A stretch of 64,000 nucleotides of DNA from Ramazzottius varieornatus (taxonomy: Eukaryota > Animalia > Tardigrada). This document shows, piece by piece, positions 14,401 through 26,357 of the stretch. Positions within the stretch are counted from its first letter, which is position 1; every line of letters starts with the position of its first letter. The stretch lies in the NCBI GenBank assembly GCA_001949185.1, contig BDGG01000017.1:713370-777369 (forward strand). Direction: 5' to 3'. The notes under the pieces were generated by a model. The model had not been told where the DNA came from and searched no databases. It saw only the letters and a program-made list of their open reading frames with translations. The position numbers and the translations under genes were made by a program.

Positions 14401-15824
14401 TCGCAGGACCAGCATGGCTCGCGCTTCATCCAGCAGAAGCTGGAACGGGCCACGCTGCACGAGAAGCAGATCGTGTACAACGAGATGCTACCCACCGTTC
14501 TCCACCTCATGACTGACGTCTTTTCCAACTATGTCGTCCAGTAAGTGGCGCTCTTTCCTACTCCCTTGTCCACACCCCCCATGGGCAAGACTAGAGAGAA
14601 AGCTTGGCTGTCTGTCATTTTCATACAGGAAGTTTCTGGAGTTGGGAACGGCAGAACAGAAGGAGACGCTGAACAAGATCATCATTAAGAACGTCATTGG
14701 TCTGTCACTGCAGATGTACGGCTGTCGGGTGGTGCAGAAGGCGCTGGAAGTGATGACGTACGGCCAGCAGCAGGAAATTGTCCAGCATTTGGATGGTAGC
14801 GTCATCAAGCTGATCAAGGACCAGAATGGCAACCATGTCATCCAGAAGGCTGTCGAGAGCGTCCCCTCCGAACTGATTGGCTTCATTCCCCGCGCCTTCC
14901 TGGGCCAGGTACAGTGGACGGCACCCATCCTGTCCTCCCTGCCTCAGCCCATGTCCTTTCTCTCTTGTAGGTCTACGTGCTGGCGGCTCATCCTTATGGC
15001 TGTCGCGTCATTCAGCGCATCCTGGAACACTGCACCGACGAACAGACCAGGCCTCTTCTGGACGAAATGTTCCACTACATTGACGAACTGGTAATTAAAA
15101 GGGACGCACAATCTAAGGCAGGCTACACCGTACATGCCCTCCGTCTTCTTTGTAGATTGTCAACGAGTATGGCAACTACGTGGTGCAGCACGTCATTGAG
15201 CATGGCAAGAGTGACGATCGGGCGCGCTGCATCGACTCCTGCCTGGGCAAGATGATCACCCTCAGCCAGCACAAGTTCGCCAGGTATTTATCTCCCCTTA
15301 AGCTCAGCACCGCCAGTGCACTCTCTGTCCATTCACAACAGCAGCTATCACTTCAACGGTCCTTCTGCTCTGTCATTGCAGCAATGTCATTGAGAAGTGC
15401 GTGCTGCACGCTAACCGCCTGCAACGCGTCGTCATGATCGAAGAGATCTGCAACGCCAATGGCAACGGGTAGGTCCCCCCTAAGTCGACATGCTCCACTG
15501 GCCCTAACTGCTTTCTGTATCCTTGTTGTTTGTAGGCCGCACAATGGCTTGTTTGCCATGATGAAGGATCCCTTTGGCAATTACGTGGTGCAGAAGCTGC
15601 TGGACATTGCCGAAGCGCCACAACGCAAGCTACTGCTGACCACTATCCGACCCTTTGTCCCCCAACTGCGCAAGCTGTCCTATGGCAAGCACATTCTCAA
15701 CAAGGTCGAGCGCTACTTGCCCAGCAAGGCCATCCCCACTAGCAGTCACCCCAGCATCCTGGAGAGCGCACCCATGGAAATGCCTCACTTCGCTTCAAGC
15801 AACAGCAGCACTAACCTTGTATAG
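11498..15824 (+). CDS. pum: Pumilio (PUF) RNA-binding protein; start approximate
   Basis: [12 protein letters not shown] followed by eight PUF repeats with canonical recognition residues SRFIQ, NYVVQ, CRVVQ, NHVIQ, CRVIQ, NYVVQ, SNVIE, NYVVQ. Q-rich low-complexity N-terminus. Confidence 0.95.
13265..13297 (+). repeat. CAG/CAA poly-Gln tract in Pumilio (second tract at ~13743-13781)
   Basis: caacagcagcaacaacagcagcagcagcagcag read directly from the sequence. Confidence 0.9.
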
Positions 15825-16949
15825 AGACAAAGACTTGTATCTATATCACCCCCTGTAGAGAGACTGTATATTGTGTATTTCTACTTTATACACTGTACAG
15901 TAACCGTGCGCCACCTTTATCGACTAACTTTGTAGTCATATCTTGTGACCGATCCATCGAACGGTTAGCAACGAACAGCCTATGTTCTCTTGATCTGTGT
16001 ATTTTCAAGCGTGCAGTTTTCACATTTTACAATGCTTTTAGTAGAGACAGATCCGAAAGAGGATGTGCCAATTTGCCAAATATAAGAAAACACTTTCTGA
16101 GCGGGTTGATTTCGACGACCTCGGAGAAGGTCCGGGTGGAATAAGTATAAATCGATGCACGTTGACCTCCGCTACTGACTCCGATTCTTTGAAATATTGT
16201 CGATTCGGGTTTTATATATTTTGACCGGGGAGTTTTGCAGTCTTAATTACCCGTGGAGTGTCTTAGAATAAATCATGCAGTCAATACGACCAGCAAATGA
16301 GATATCGAAATTTCTGATCGCATTTTTTTTATGGACGAAAATAAATCTTATTTTGACCGCACCCGATAGGATTTCGTGGTACCCCGTATCTCGCTCTGCC
16401 ATCAGTGATTCTTACGATGTCGATATGAGCACGAGTAAGAGGTAAGGAAACAAGTGACCTTGTGTCGATGATGACTGGTCAGGATCTGATGTGCTAAAGA
16501 GCTCAGTGAGTCAAAAGAAACGGGCGGGACGGTAAATGCCAGTTCTACATCCTCGATATTTTCGGGTGGCTTATTTTTGAACTGGCAGGAAGACAAATAA
16601 TTTTTGCTGCCTCTTGCATCTGCAAAAATGTCTGTGATCGTTGTGCTTGTGATAATGTTATGTTTTAGCCACAGCGGACAGACGTATCCTGGAGAATGGG
16701 AGCACAGATACGGGCCACTTGGGTGCATGCCGCGTGTAACCTGCCAAGAAGAAACCACCGTGCCTCCGCAGGTGCCAATCTACATTCCCTTCCCAGTCCT
16801 GGTTACGCAAATCAACAATTACGGAGGAACCAACAGCTTTAACATCAACAGCGAGCGCCCGAAAGCCAAGGAACAGTGGCCTGCTATCAACATGCACTAC
16901 ACTTCCTCCTCGCCTCAGACATTTTTTCCTAACTCTGTTTTAAGCCGTT

Positions 16950-17092
16950 TCTTGCGAGATGGGACCCTTGTCCTGCTTTATCTCTCGAAACTCTATTTCC
17001 AAGAGATGGAGGTTGACTCTGCTTCCATTCCAGCATGTTATTGTTCGCGCGATGAGGATATCACCATCCAGCAAGACGATGAGATATTCTAA
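16950..17092 (+). pseudogene. RPB7: Partial RNA polymerase II subunit RPB7 fragment (inverted copy)
   Basis: [12 protein letters not shown] then, after a frameshift, [29 protein letters not shown], matching the RPB7 C-terminal OB-fold region. Confidence 0.85.
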
Positions 17093-17179
17093 GCCACAAC
17101 TAACACGGTCAGTTCACGATGTTTTGTCTTTGTTGAGCGTTTTAATTACGATTGTTGACAACTTTACCACTTGACAGTA

Positions 17180-17545
17180 CAGGTCCCAATAGCGAAGATA
17201 TCCTTAGCGTCCACTCTTGTCCCGACGATCTTGACGCGGATCTCATCGTCTTGCTGGATGGTGATATCCTCGTCGCGCGAACGATAACACGCTGGAGTGG
17301 AAGCAGAGTCAAACTCCATGTCTTGGGGCGATGGAATGTCAAGAGATGAAGCAGGACAAAGGCCCCATTTCGCAGAAGATGCCCACTTTGTTGACTTGTG
17401 TGACCACAGCATCACAGACTTCTCCCTTGAATGGACGGAACACCACCGCTGTCTACTTGACCGGATGACCGACGAAGCCTTGTCCGGCCTGAATCAATCC
17501 CACGCCGATCTCGTCCATTTATGTTACAGCAATGAAGAATCCATA
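17180..17545 (-). pseudogene. RPB7: RNA polymerase II subunit RPB7 pseudogene (three stops and a frameshift)
   Basis: Hand translation: [69 protein letters not shown], then frameshift to [47 protein letters not shown]. Confidence 0.93.
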
Positions 17546-17630
17546 GAAGGAAGACAAAATCAACAGTCTTCAGTGTATGGAGTCAGAAGAACAGGATTAA
17601 AGGATTTTAAGAAGAGGACTGAATGAAGGG

Positions 17631-17840
17631 AGCAGTGGGCAGAGCAGATCAGTAAGGCGGGGCTAGTTTGAGAAGTATGGAGAGAGAACGAAATCAAATT
17701 GCCTTTAATCGGCCAATCAAGATTGCCAAACTTTGAGATTCTCTGCCTTTATTGGTCGTCTACGGATATTCTTTAATTTCCTGCCCCGCTCCATATGATG
17801 TCATCTGGCCGCGCCTTACTGATCTACTCTGGTCACTGCT
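17631..17840. mobile_element. MITE-like element with ~30-bp imperfect TIRs
   Basis: agcagtgggcagagcagatcagtaaggcg at 17631 versus the reverse complement of the end at 17840, agcagtgaccagagtagatcagtaaggcg. No clear TSD. Confidence 0.65.
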
Positions 17841-18338
17841 CAAGTGATTCTGAAATCTGAAAATCTAATTAATGGCCGAAAATCCCACCCGAAGTTAGGC
17901 ATCGCCCTCAGTTTGCCCTGGGAAACCGGTTGTTCGGCCCGTCTCACCCGAGGTGACTTGACTTTGTGACCTCCAGCAGCAGGTTGGTCTAGAGCTCTCA
18001 GTCTCTGAGTCTAGACAGAGTGCCCACCCTGGTCTAGACAAGGTCTCCAGCAGCTGATTTTCTGTCCCATCTTTTTCATCACGAGGGGATTATGCCTATC
18101 CTCACCTCTTTTTGGTCAAACTGTCCTGGCGGAACGAGAGAGGAGAGTCTCTTCTAGGATCTGAGCCAGTGAGCTAAATCCCGCGTCGATCCTGGAACAA
18201 GCTACAGGGACTCGGAAGTGACGTCAGAAATGTATGCCAATAACGTAGAAACGTGATGTCTTGTAGGTCCACGTTAGACCTAACAAACAAACTCAGAAAC
18301 CCATTAGTAAACAAACCTGTTACGGCAAATAGATAGTA

Positions 18339-21300
18339 CGAGGAGCGAGGCCTTACTTCGTCCACGAGCATACTTTGTACAGTCAAGTTCTGCAGGCGGC
18401 GATGTTAGCTGCCTAGCTTGGTCATAATCAGCTGACCATGTTCACCGCCATAAGACACCCACAGAAGAGTGTACAAAGTTTTCGCCGTTCTGATTTTTCG
18501 TTGAAATCAGGGCAGAAGCCAATATGCACCACAGCCTGAACACTATATTTCTATTTCCGCTGTCACATATGGTACACTTAGCACTTTGCGATGCTGCGAA
18601 TAATTGTTTTCCGTAGTGGCGCACATTTCAGTGTTACTGGTCAGAAGCGTGCGCCACTTGGGAGAATGATGTTGTATTTTTCAGATGACGCACTATGTAG
18701 TACATTTAACTGGTAGCGTGCGCCACTTGGGGAAACGATCACGGCGAGTTTGTTGGCTGAGTTCCTACATTCTTCTTTCTCAAAGATGCAAAACGCCACA
18801 GCAGCTAAACAACTGAAATCTCAGCACAACGAAGAATGTTTATATACCCTCTAGGTATTCTTAGCCTTCGACTTTACGGCAGAAGCTCTCGGTTTAGTTT
18901 TCGGTAAGAGGAGTATCTTGGCTTTTGCTTTCGAAGCTGGCGCTGACGGTTTCTTTCTGGGAGCTGAAGCGATCTTCGTCCGTGCCGTGGCGCGTTTTGC
19001 TCTGGTCTTCAGAGGGGACACTTCAGGATCGTCTATCGGAGAATCAAAGAGCGACTGTGGTGCGGGAACGTCGTTTGCTATCTCTGCTGCCACCTGCTGA
19101 GCCGTCTTTCTCTGTCGCTTCGGTGGAGATTGACAAGGGTATTCTTGGGTGGCGGGGCTGTCATCGTCGCTGCCTGTCGCGCTTTCCTCCAGCGCCTGGA
19201 TGTTTCGCTTTCGGTTTCTCAGACCTTTGGCTTTCGCTTTGTTCTTTTCCATCGCGGCTTTCTTTGTGCTGATGTAAGCACTCTCGGTAAGGATTCTTCC
19301 GTTAGATACATCCAGACGGGAATCTTTTTCGCGGCGTTTCTTTTGAGGAGCGCTCCGCAGCAAGTTCTTGTAGAACTGCACAGCCACGACTGAGCCTACC
19401 GATTCTCCTGTCATAATCTTTCTGATCTCCAACAGGCAGCTGGTTGTTTTATCTTCGGAAAGGCGAATCTTTTCGCGAAGAATCTTCGCGATATCTGCGA
19501 AATATTCTTCGCTTTGAGCTTCATTGTGTTCGACGACTTCTAAGCGAGGATTCACCGTGCCTCTGAGCAGTTCGGCGTCAAACGGATACATCCCCGTTTT
19601 GCGGAATCCTTCCTTCATAGGTCCACCTGGAAGGAGGAGGGGTAACCTTCGCACGACCATAATTTTTGAAATCTCGGCACAAAAGCTCGACAAGATCGTT
19701 TTCCCAAGTGGCGCACACTTTTGGCCAGTATTATCGACAAATTGCGCCAGTGGAGAAATCGATCTGGTCGACATTTATTTACCGAGCTTCCATTTGGTTT
19801 TCGTATCATCAACTCGTTGGTTCATGATTGCAGATAGCCAAAAGATACAAGGGCAACCTTGGGTGGCAGATTCTTACCTAAGTTAAACGAGTATGGCTGG
19901 AATTTTGGATTCCAGAGTTTCACGATATGGGCAGGGAAGTTATGACGAGATACCTAGAATACAACAATCATATCGTCACACTTTTTTTATCGGTATGAAA
20001 CTGCGAAGGGAAGACAGGTTTATGCCTACTCACGTCGATGGATGTGTCAACCCTGGAATCACGAAGATACATATGCCACTTCTGCTTAACTCCCCCGAAC
20101 ACCTCTTTATCCAGTGGCTGCAAGAAAGCTGTTTGTCCAGAAGGGAGAACCACTACTTGGATTTCCTTCTCATGCTCCATACATGCCAGGAGAAAGGCGA
20201 TACAGCTCAGATGAGAGGAATGTCCGTCAAAAATTAATACGTTCTGCGAAAGAACAAAATTCACAAGGTTTACCTTGGTGTCATTCCGGCAGTGCACAGT
20301 GGAAGGTGCATGAAACAAAGGGAAGTATTATCGCCACAACAGTTACAAGAATTACCTTGGGGCAAGTGATGGAGGATAGAAATTCCTTCTCCAGGAATTC
20401 GGTTAGCACTTCGGTGTCCATTACTCCCGAAGAATTCGTGCCAACGTAGCACGCATCGTGAGTTTCCCGGAAGTGAGACTCAAGGTGCATCTTGCCTTTG
20501 TAAAGAATCAGCGGCCGAAGCGTCTTACCAGCTGCATTTCCCATAGCCAGAAGGGAAATATTTTCCCGATCGCTTTCGCTGCTTTTCAGGTAGCCCACCG
20601 CTTCCTTCACGCCTCTCTCCGCGTACACCTTGTCGTACAGTTCAGCTAGCCGAAATCCCGATTCGTCTAGGTTCCATATCCCATTCGTCACTCAGCTTCT
20701 GTAGGAGGGAAATCCATTCTTCGCAGCGCTGAGCGGTCCATTCCCTCGACTTCTTGAAGCTCAGTGCGCTCAGTACCCGTACAGAAACTCCACGGTTTCT
20801 CCGAAGAAAATTCCGGTGCCATCGGTCGGTAAACTTAGCCCAGTTCATGCCTACAAGAAACCGACACTATCGTTCATGCATGTTCGACCGGAAGTCAGCT
20901 GTTCGGACATTTCATGTTTAACAGGTAGCTGATGTTATCCAAAGGTCATCCATTCGTACGAGCGACATCCAAGCAACATCAGGCTTACCTTTTGCAATGG
21001 CGATGGCTTTGACAATCTTGATCAAAGTACGTTTACCGAGAGGAACACCAATCTTGGAGCAGCGCACGAGAATTTCGGCAATGTCTTCCTCTTCTTCCAT
21101 TGTAAAGGTACTGGGACGTCCAGCCTTCTTTCCGTGTTTCCCGTTGACTTTATTGGCGAGAGTTGTGTGAGGTATCTGATATCTCTCGGCGGCCATCCGT
21201 ATGGACATCCCGTCGTTAACAGCAGTCACTGCTGCTTCCATGTCAGGATGTGCCTGCACATATCGCCGTTTCCGAGGTATGTCCATGGATTGCAGTTGAG

Positions 21301-21848
21301 CAGGAGCAGAAGGGTAGTCTTCAGAAGTCGCCGAAGTCACTGGAGAACGGTTTGCAGCCATCACGAAGACAAGGTAAAACTTGGACATACAAAAGAAGAG
21401 GAAGAAGGATAGCCTTCCAGCAAGACAAGTTCAGCCGAGGAGGTAAACAATGCGTTTTCGCTTGGAAGTGTACAAAGTTTTTGCCGTTCCGATTTTGGTG
21501 AAAAACGGTCGTATGACATCATCACTAACGTTGCCCACACATCAAGAGATGTGTGCTTCTGCTCGGTCGGGCACACAGGTGTTTTACTTGTCCCGGTCTG
21601 TTGTGCCCTCTGCAGAAAGCGTGTTCCCTAGTATCGAATGAAATTCCCCAACGGCTTCCGCTCAAGAATTTCTCCCGTCATGATCATTTATCTGATCCCA
21701 CTTTTGGCTGGATAGAAATGAAGCCAAGTGTTTGAAGGTACTTGTGAATTATTTTGGGGTTTTTATAGCGAAAGGTCAGTGAGAAAACCGTCAGTGGAAC
21801 AAGTAGTCGCCTGTCCGGCAAATGTACAAAGTAGAGCCTCGCTCCTCG
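18339..21848 (-). mobile_element. Nested pogo/Fot-like DNA transposon
   Basis: TA TSD (18337-18338 and 21849-21850). TIR CGAGGAGCGAGGC is perfect for 13 bp and imperfect to ~26 bp. Encodes an HTH_psq + CENP-B HTH + DDE_1 transposase. Confidence 0.92.
18851..21388 (-). pseudogene. pogo/Fot-like transposase with ~4 introns; frameshift or deletion near 20690
   Basis: MEAAVTAVNDGMSIRMAAERYQIPHTTL (psq HTH), IWNLDESG, LIFDGHSSH, LPSGQTAFLQPLD, GFRKTGMYPFD and a basic C-terminal tail. GT-AG introns at ~20851-20987, ~20244-20356, ~19954-20032 and ~19628-19877. Confidence 0.87.
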
Positions 21849-23650
21849 TACAGAAATGATGAGCGTCATAAAAGTGATGGAAGCAAAGACGAGCCTTGCA
21901 CCACCCGCAAACCAGAAGAACAATGTCTCTGCAGTTCTCGTGAAGACAACTGCCTTTCAGCTTATCAAACATAAACTTGGCTGGATTAACATACATGAAA
22001 CGTTCGTCGGTATATCCCGACTTATGCCAAGCTTCAGCTATCAAATTTTCGAACCTGGGCGACTGAAACTGTTGATACAGCAAAGAGTGCAATCTCAAAA
22101 TCACATCGCGATGATGCACTTGAACGGGTAAGTCGTGCAAAAAGGCAAAGTCGGATATCTTTTTGAAGCAGCCTTCGTACATCCTAAAGCATAACACATC
22201 CAGCGGTTGAATTTGACCGGTAACTTTCGGAGGGATGGTCAGCATTTCGTACTTCAGCTCTTCCGGTTTCAGTTCAATCACAGAATCTTGATCGGTGAAG
22301 GTCTCCCACGAGTCGGCCAAGAAAATGCACCGCTCTTCCATATGAGGGAAAAGAACTTTTTCTGACCACTCTAAGTAGAGCTTCTTGGTCATCTTCCTGG
22401 ATGTCGAAGCAGTGACATACAGATTATCAGCCTTGAACATCGTTCTCGACACGATTGTACCAAACACTCCCTTCTCTTCCTTCAGCGTTAGGAAAAGAAC
22501 AGGAAGAAACTTACGCCTGCCCGGGGAGACCGTCATTATCAGTGTAGGTATGTGTCATGAAATTCTCCGACTGGGTGATCGCTTCCACGTGTTTTACTCC
22601 AGCAGTTTCCGAAGTTCTTCCTGGTCTCATCTCATATTCAAAGCCTGACTGATCCGCATTCCACAGACAGTCTAACCCGTACTCTGCGATCCCTGATCTG
22701 ATAAGCGCAACGCAGGCTTCAGCACTTTCCTTGACGTGAGGCGCTTCTTGTATGGATTTCTTGGTGACGAACTTGGTTATTTTCCGGTCAACGATCCCAT
22801 AATATCTAGAAAACATTAATTCCGTTTTTGAAGGAGATCGAAGCACAAAAAACTGTTGGTACCGTTTGAGTTTTCCGATCCAGTCTGGGGAAGCAGTGAA
22901 ACCGGCCAAGTTCACCGTTTCGTTCGCAGTGAGAGCCCATCGACGTAAGTCCAAATTCTTGACCACTTGCTTTTTCCTTTTAGCGAGGAAGAACTGCTTA
23001 CCGACATCCAAACGTAGAGCCTTCAACTTGTCCAGCCTGGAACCGCCTTCCACTACCTGCTTTTCCCAGTCGTACAGCTGCCGTATGCTGGTTACTTTAC
23101 CAAAACTTCTCTGAACAGTGGCCAAGGTGAGACGCTTCTTCTTCACGGCGTTTCTCCAGTATGTAACCGCACGTTTCTTGTACTCCAAGTTGACTAACTG
23201 ATCCACTGGAAGCTTGGGGTTAGGAAGTCGTGGGACGTATAGCTCATGGAAAGAAGGTTCAGTTCCGCTGGAAACAGGCTCAAGCAGTCTATCAGGTTCC
23301 GTAACGTCGAAGTCAGCTTCACTCCGGCCATTCAGCAGGTTGCACTGGACAACAGATGCTTCGTAATCGTCAAATGACTCGACGCGGATCTGCAGATCAT
23401 ACTGGAGGTCTTCTTCAACGGCATACACAGGAGTAACACTTTGGGTGATCTTCGAGTCGATGAAATCTAGGAAAAAATTCCGAATCAAATTAGTATCTTT
23501 TTTGTTTTTGAGCTCCAGTGCACGGCAAGATTACCTTTAACTATGTCCTTGAACTGCCTGTCAGCTTCGCTTGGAAAGTCGTCGATACGGTAGTGCAGTT
23601 TGTAGTCCCATTCCAGCAGCTTGATAACTTTCAGCAAGTTGATTGATTCC
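21849..23650 (-). pseudogene. Tc5-like transposase (CENP-B-type HTH + DDD domain), frameshifted near 22530 and interrupted at its C-terminus
   Basis: FTASPDWIGKLKR, LWNADQSG, FLADSW, IPPKVTGQIQPLD (37 residues between 2nd and 3rd D) and C-terminal CGWCKARLCFHHF. The last codons (TIYLP*) lie at 18320-18338, beyond the nested element. Start approximate. Confidence 0.88.
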
Positions 23651-24783
23651 ATTTCAGAGAAGCGCAGGAATGAATGAGCAAATGAGAGAAGGTTGAAAAA
23701 CAACAGAAAACTTGATGAGCAGGAAGCACAGGCTCAATCAACAACCGAATCAACCATCGAACAATCAAGTCTTGATTGTTCATTACTCTGCTTATATACC
23801 GCCCTACTTTCGACGTCACTCCCGAGTCCCTGTAGCTTGTTCCAGGATCGACGCGGGATTTAGCTCACTGGCTCAGATCCTAGAAGAGACTCTCCTCTCT
23901 CGTTCCGCCAGGACAGTTTGACCAAAAAGAGGTGAGGACAGGCATAATCCCCTCGTCAGTATTTTCGTCCCTTCCCGCCGGCGCCGGAGAAGACTGAATG
24001 AATTCCTGATCCAAGGCGGATCACCGCCCACCATCACAATGGCAGGCTTCTTCGCTTTCCTGGGACCATCCCAGTCGTCGTTTGCCTTCTTCGGCACGGT
24101 GGCAGTGGTCCTTTAATTCTTATTCTTCGTAGCATGTTGAGCTGTTATCTTGGACATTATACTGTACAGTTGTACAGTGAGCTTGCGAACCAACTTGCTG
24201 CTTCTTCTAACTGCACCTGTGCGTGATCGTAGCTAGATCAGCTCGAAAGAGATTTTTATGCGAATATTTACTTACTTTTACCGCAGTGCATAATCATTGA
24301 TGTTGTACATAGTGTTCAGGACGAGCTGTGCAGTACCATCCACAGACTTTGCCTTGTCAGCCGACCGCCTAGCTTGTCCTCACTGTTTCTTGTCGTGGTA
24401 TATAGGGCCACAATTTTGATATTTGGCTAATCTTATCTAGATTGTGACAATCTGTTGATGTTGAATACATGAAAGACGAAATTATGATGGTTTGGTGATG
24501 ACAGAAAAGTGGACCCGAGGCAACAGCAGTCTGCGACAGCAATGGCGGAATTTTCCCGGGGGACTTTACTCGGTTGGATAAATTACTACAAAGCTGCCAT
24601 ACAGTCAACGGTGAAGCAGTACAGATTAGCGGCGTAATCAAGAAATATCATTCAAGATTTAGCAAAACAAAATGGTTAAAAAAAGATGGGTCATTTGTCC
24701 CCAGCGTCGATTAAAAGAATCAGCGCAAGAAAGTATGGACAGTCAAAGATGCAGACTGTCATGTAGGCTCTGGCTTGTAACAT

Positions 24784-26357
24784 CTACAAAAAAGGGTTAA
24801 AACTGTTGGTGTTATTCTGCTGGGCGGCGGAGGTGTTGATGTTGTAGGAGGGTGAGGAGAGCGGTAAGAGCGGTTGTGGTAGATGGCTGGCCGGTTCTTG
24901 GGAGAAGGCGAGGGGGTTGCGCAGTTGGTTGATGGTGGGTGCTGGAGCGACAGAATGGTGAAAGGGGTTGGCTGGCGTCGTCTCCAGGGCCGGTGCCAGA
25001 CCGAAGGGGTTGCTGAACAAGCTGGCATTAGGGTTGTGGGTAGCGGTGGACAGGTTGGAATAGCGCGTGGAGGAGGGACCACCGACCAGCGCGTCCAGGT
25101 TGACCAGGCTGGAGTTGGCTCCCAAGAAGGCCTCGGGCTGCTTGCGGTTGATGCTGCTGCTGGAAGAAGAGGCGGCAATGTTGGGACTTGCGGCCGAAGG
25201 GGAAGTCGACCAGGCATCCGCCAGCAAGTCTCCACCTTTGACACAACAAGACAACTTTGTTCGTATACGCATGTTATACGGAGCACTTTCTGTTACCTGG
25301 CTTGGTTTGAGTGAAGGGCTGCATGGAGGAGGTGGAGGAGGTGGAGAGGGGGATGGCGGGCGTGGACCAGGGATCGTTGTTATGGCTGCCGTTCTTGTGG
25401 GAGTGACTGCTGGCAGGTCCGGCCAGGGCGGCATCAAAGCCATCTCCCCAGGGGTCGTGGCTGACGGGCGAGGAGGTGGTGACGTTGGCGTGGAAGACGT
25501 CAAAGAGCTCGTCGGCGCTGCTAGCCTGCACGGCCTTGCCTCCCTTCTGGTAGTCCGTCTGCGACTCACTCAGCGCCAGCTGTAGCCGCACATCATCGCG
25601 CTGCCGTCGTCGCTCTTCTTCCTCCGCTTCCTCCTTGCTGAGGGCCAGCGCAATCTGCAGCTGGATCTCTTCTTCGTTGGCCGTCTGGGGACGGACAGCG
25701 TCGACGTGGGACGAGCTGCTGCCCAAGGCTGAAGCGTGGAGGCTGCTGTCGTTCAACTCGCTACTGCCAAAGTCACCCCGCACCGATGTGCCGAACGCCC
25801 CACCTCCACCCATTCCTACAACCAACACGTTCCATATCCACTATCAACAGCATAACCATGACAAGAGAGGCTGAGCTGTATATACCTCCGTACTGAAAGC
25901 GTTCCCTGGTCTTACTGGCTTTAGCTCGTTCATTCTTCAGCTTCTCATCATCCGTCAAGAGGCAGACCACCTGCTTGGCCTTCTCGCGGACATTCATGCC
26001 CAGGTCCTTGTTGTCCTCCGAGTATTGAAAGTTCTGCAAGGTCTGGATAAAGTAGAGGTTTTCCAAGCAGTGTTGAGCCACCTTCTCGGTCCCTGCCTTG
26101 ATGATATAGTCCAGCACCACCAGGGCTTTGTAGACGTGACGCCAGTCTTTGCCGTTGTCGTTGAGCCTCTTCCACAGCATCTGCATAATGTCGGAGAAGG
26201 CCAAGTGGTTGTAGGTCATGTCGGCAATGTCGGCCATCAAGGAGGCAGCTGGTCCCCATGGGTCGTTCGACGTGGCTTCCCTCACCTTCACTTGCGCGTC
26301 ATTGTAATTACGCACCACATTCCGTACTGTCCGTAATCCTCGCTTGACATCTCCCAT
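24784..26357 (-). CDS. Epsin (ENTH domain, UIM, DPW and NPF motifs)
   Basis: KVREATSNDPWG, WRHVYKALVVLDY, UIM EEEIQLQIALALSKEEAE, DPW motifs, VNLDAL and terminal NPFL. Two introns. Confidence 0.95.

Larger units (their letters stand above)
18082..23955 (-). mobile_element. Tc5-like (pogo superfamily) DNA transposon containing a nested insertion
   Basis: ~144-bp TIRs (18082-18225 and 23812-23955, two mismatches) starting CGAGGGGATTATGCC. 3-bp TSD TCA at 18079-18081 and 23956-23958; TNA targets are the known Tc4/Tc5 signature. Confidence 0.93.

Noticed and set aside
16099-16396. Possible TIR pair gagcgg... / ...tcgctc
   Set aside because: Complementarity too short and no TSD.
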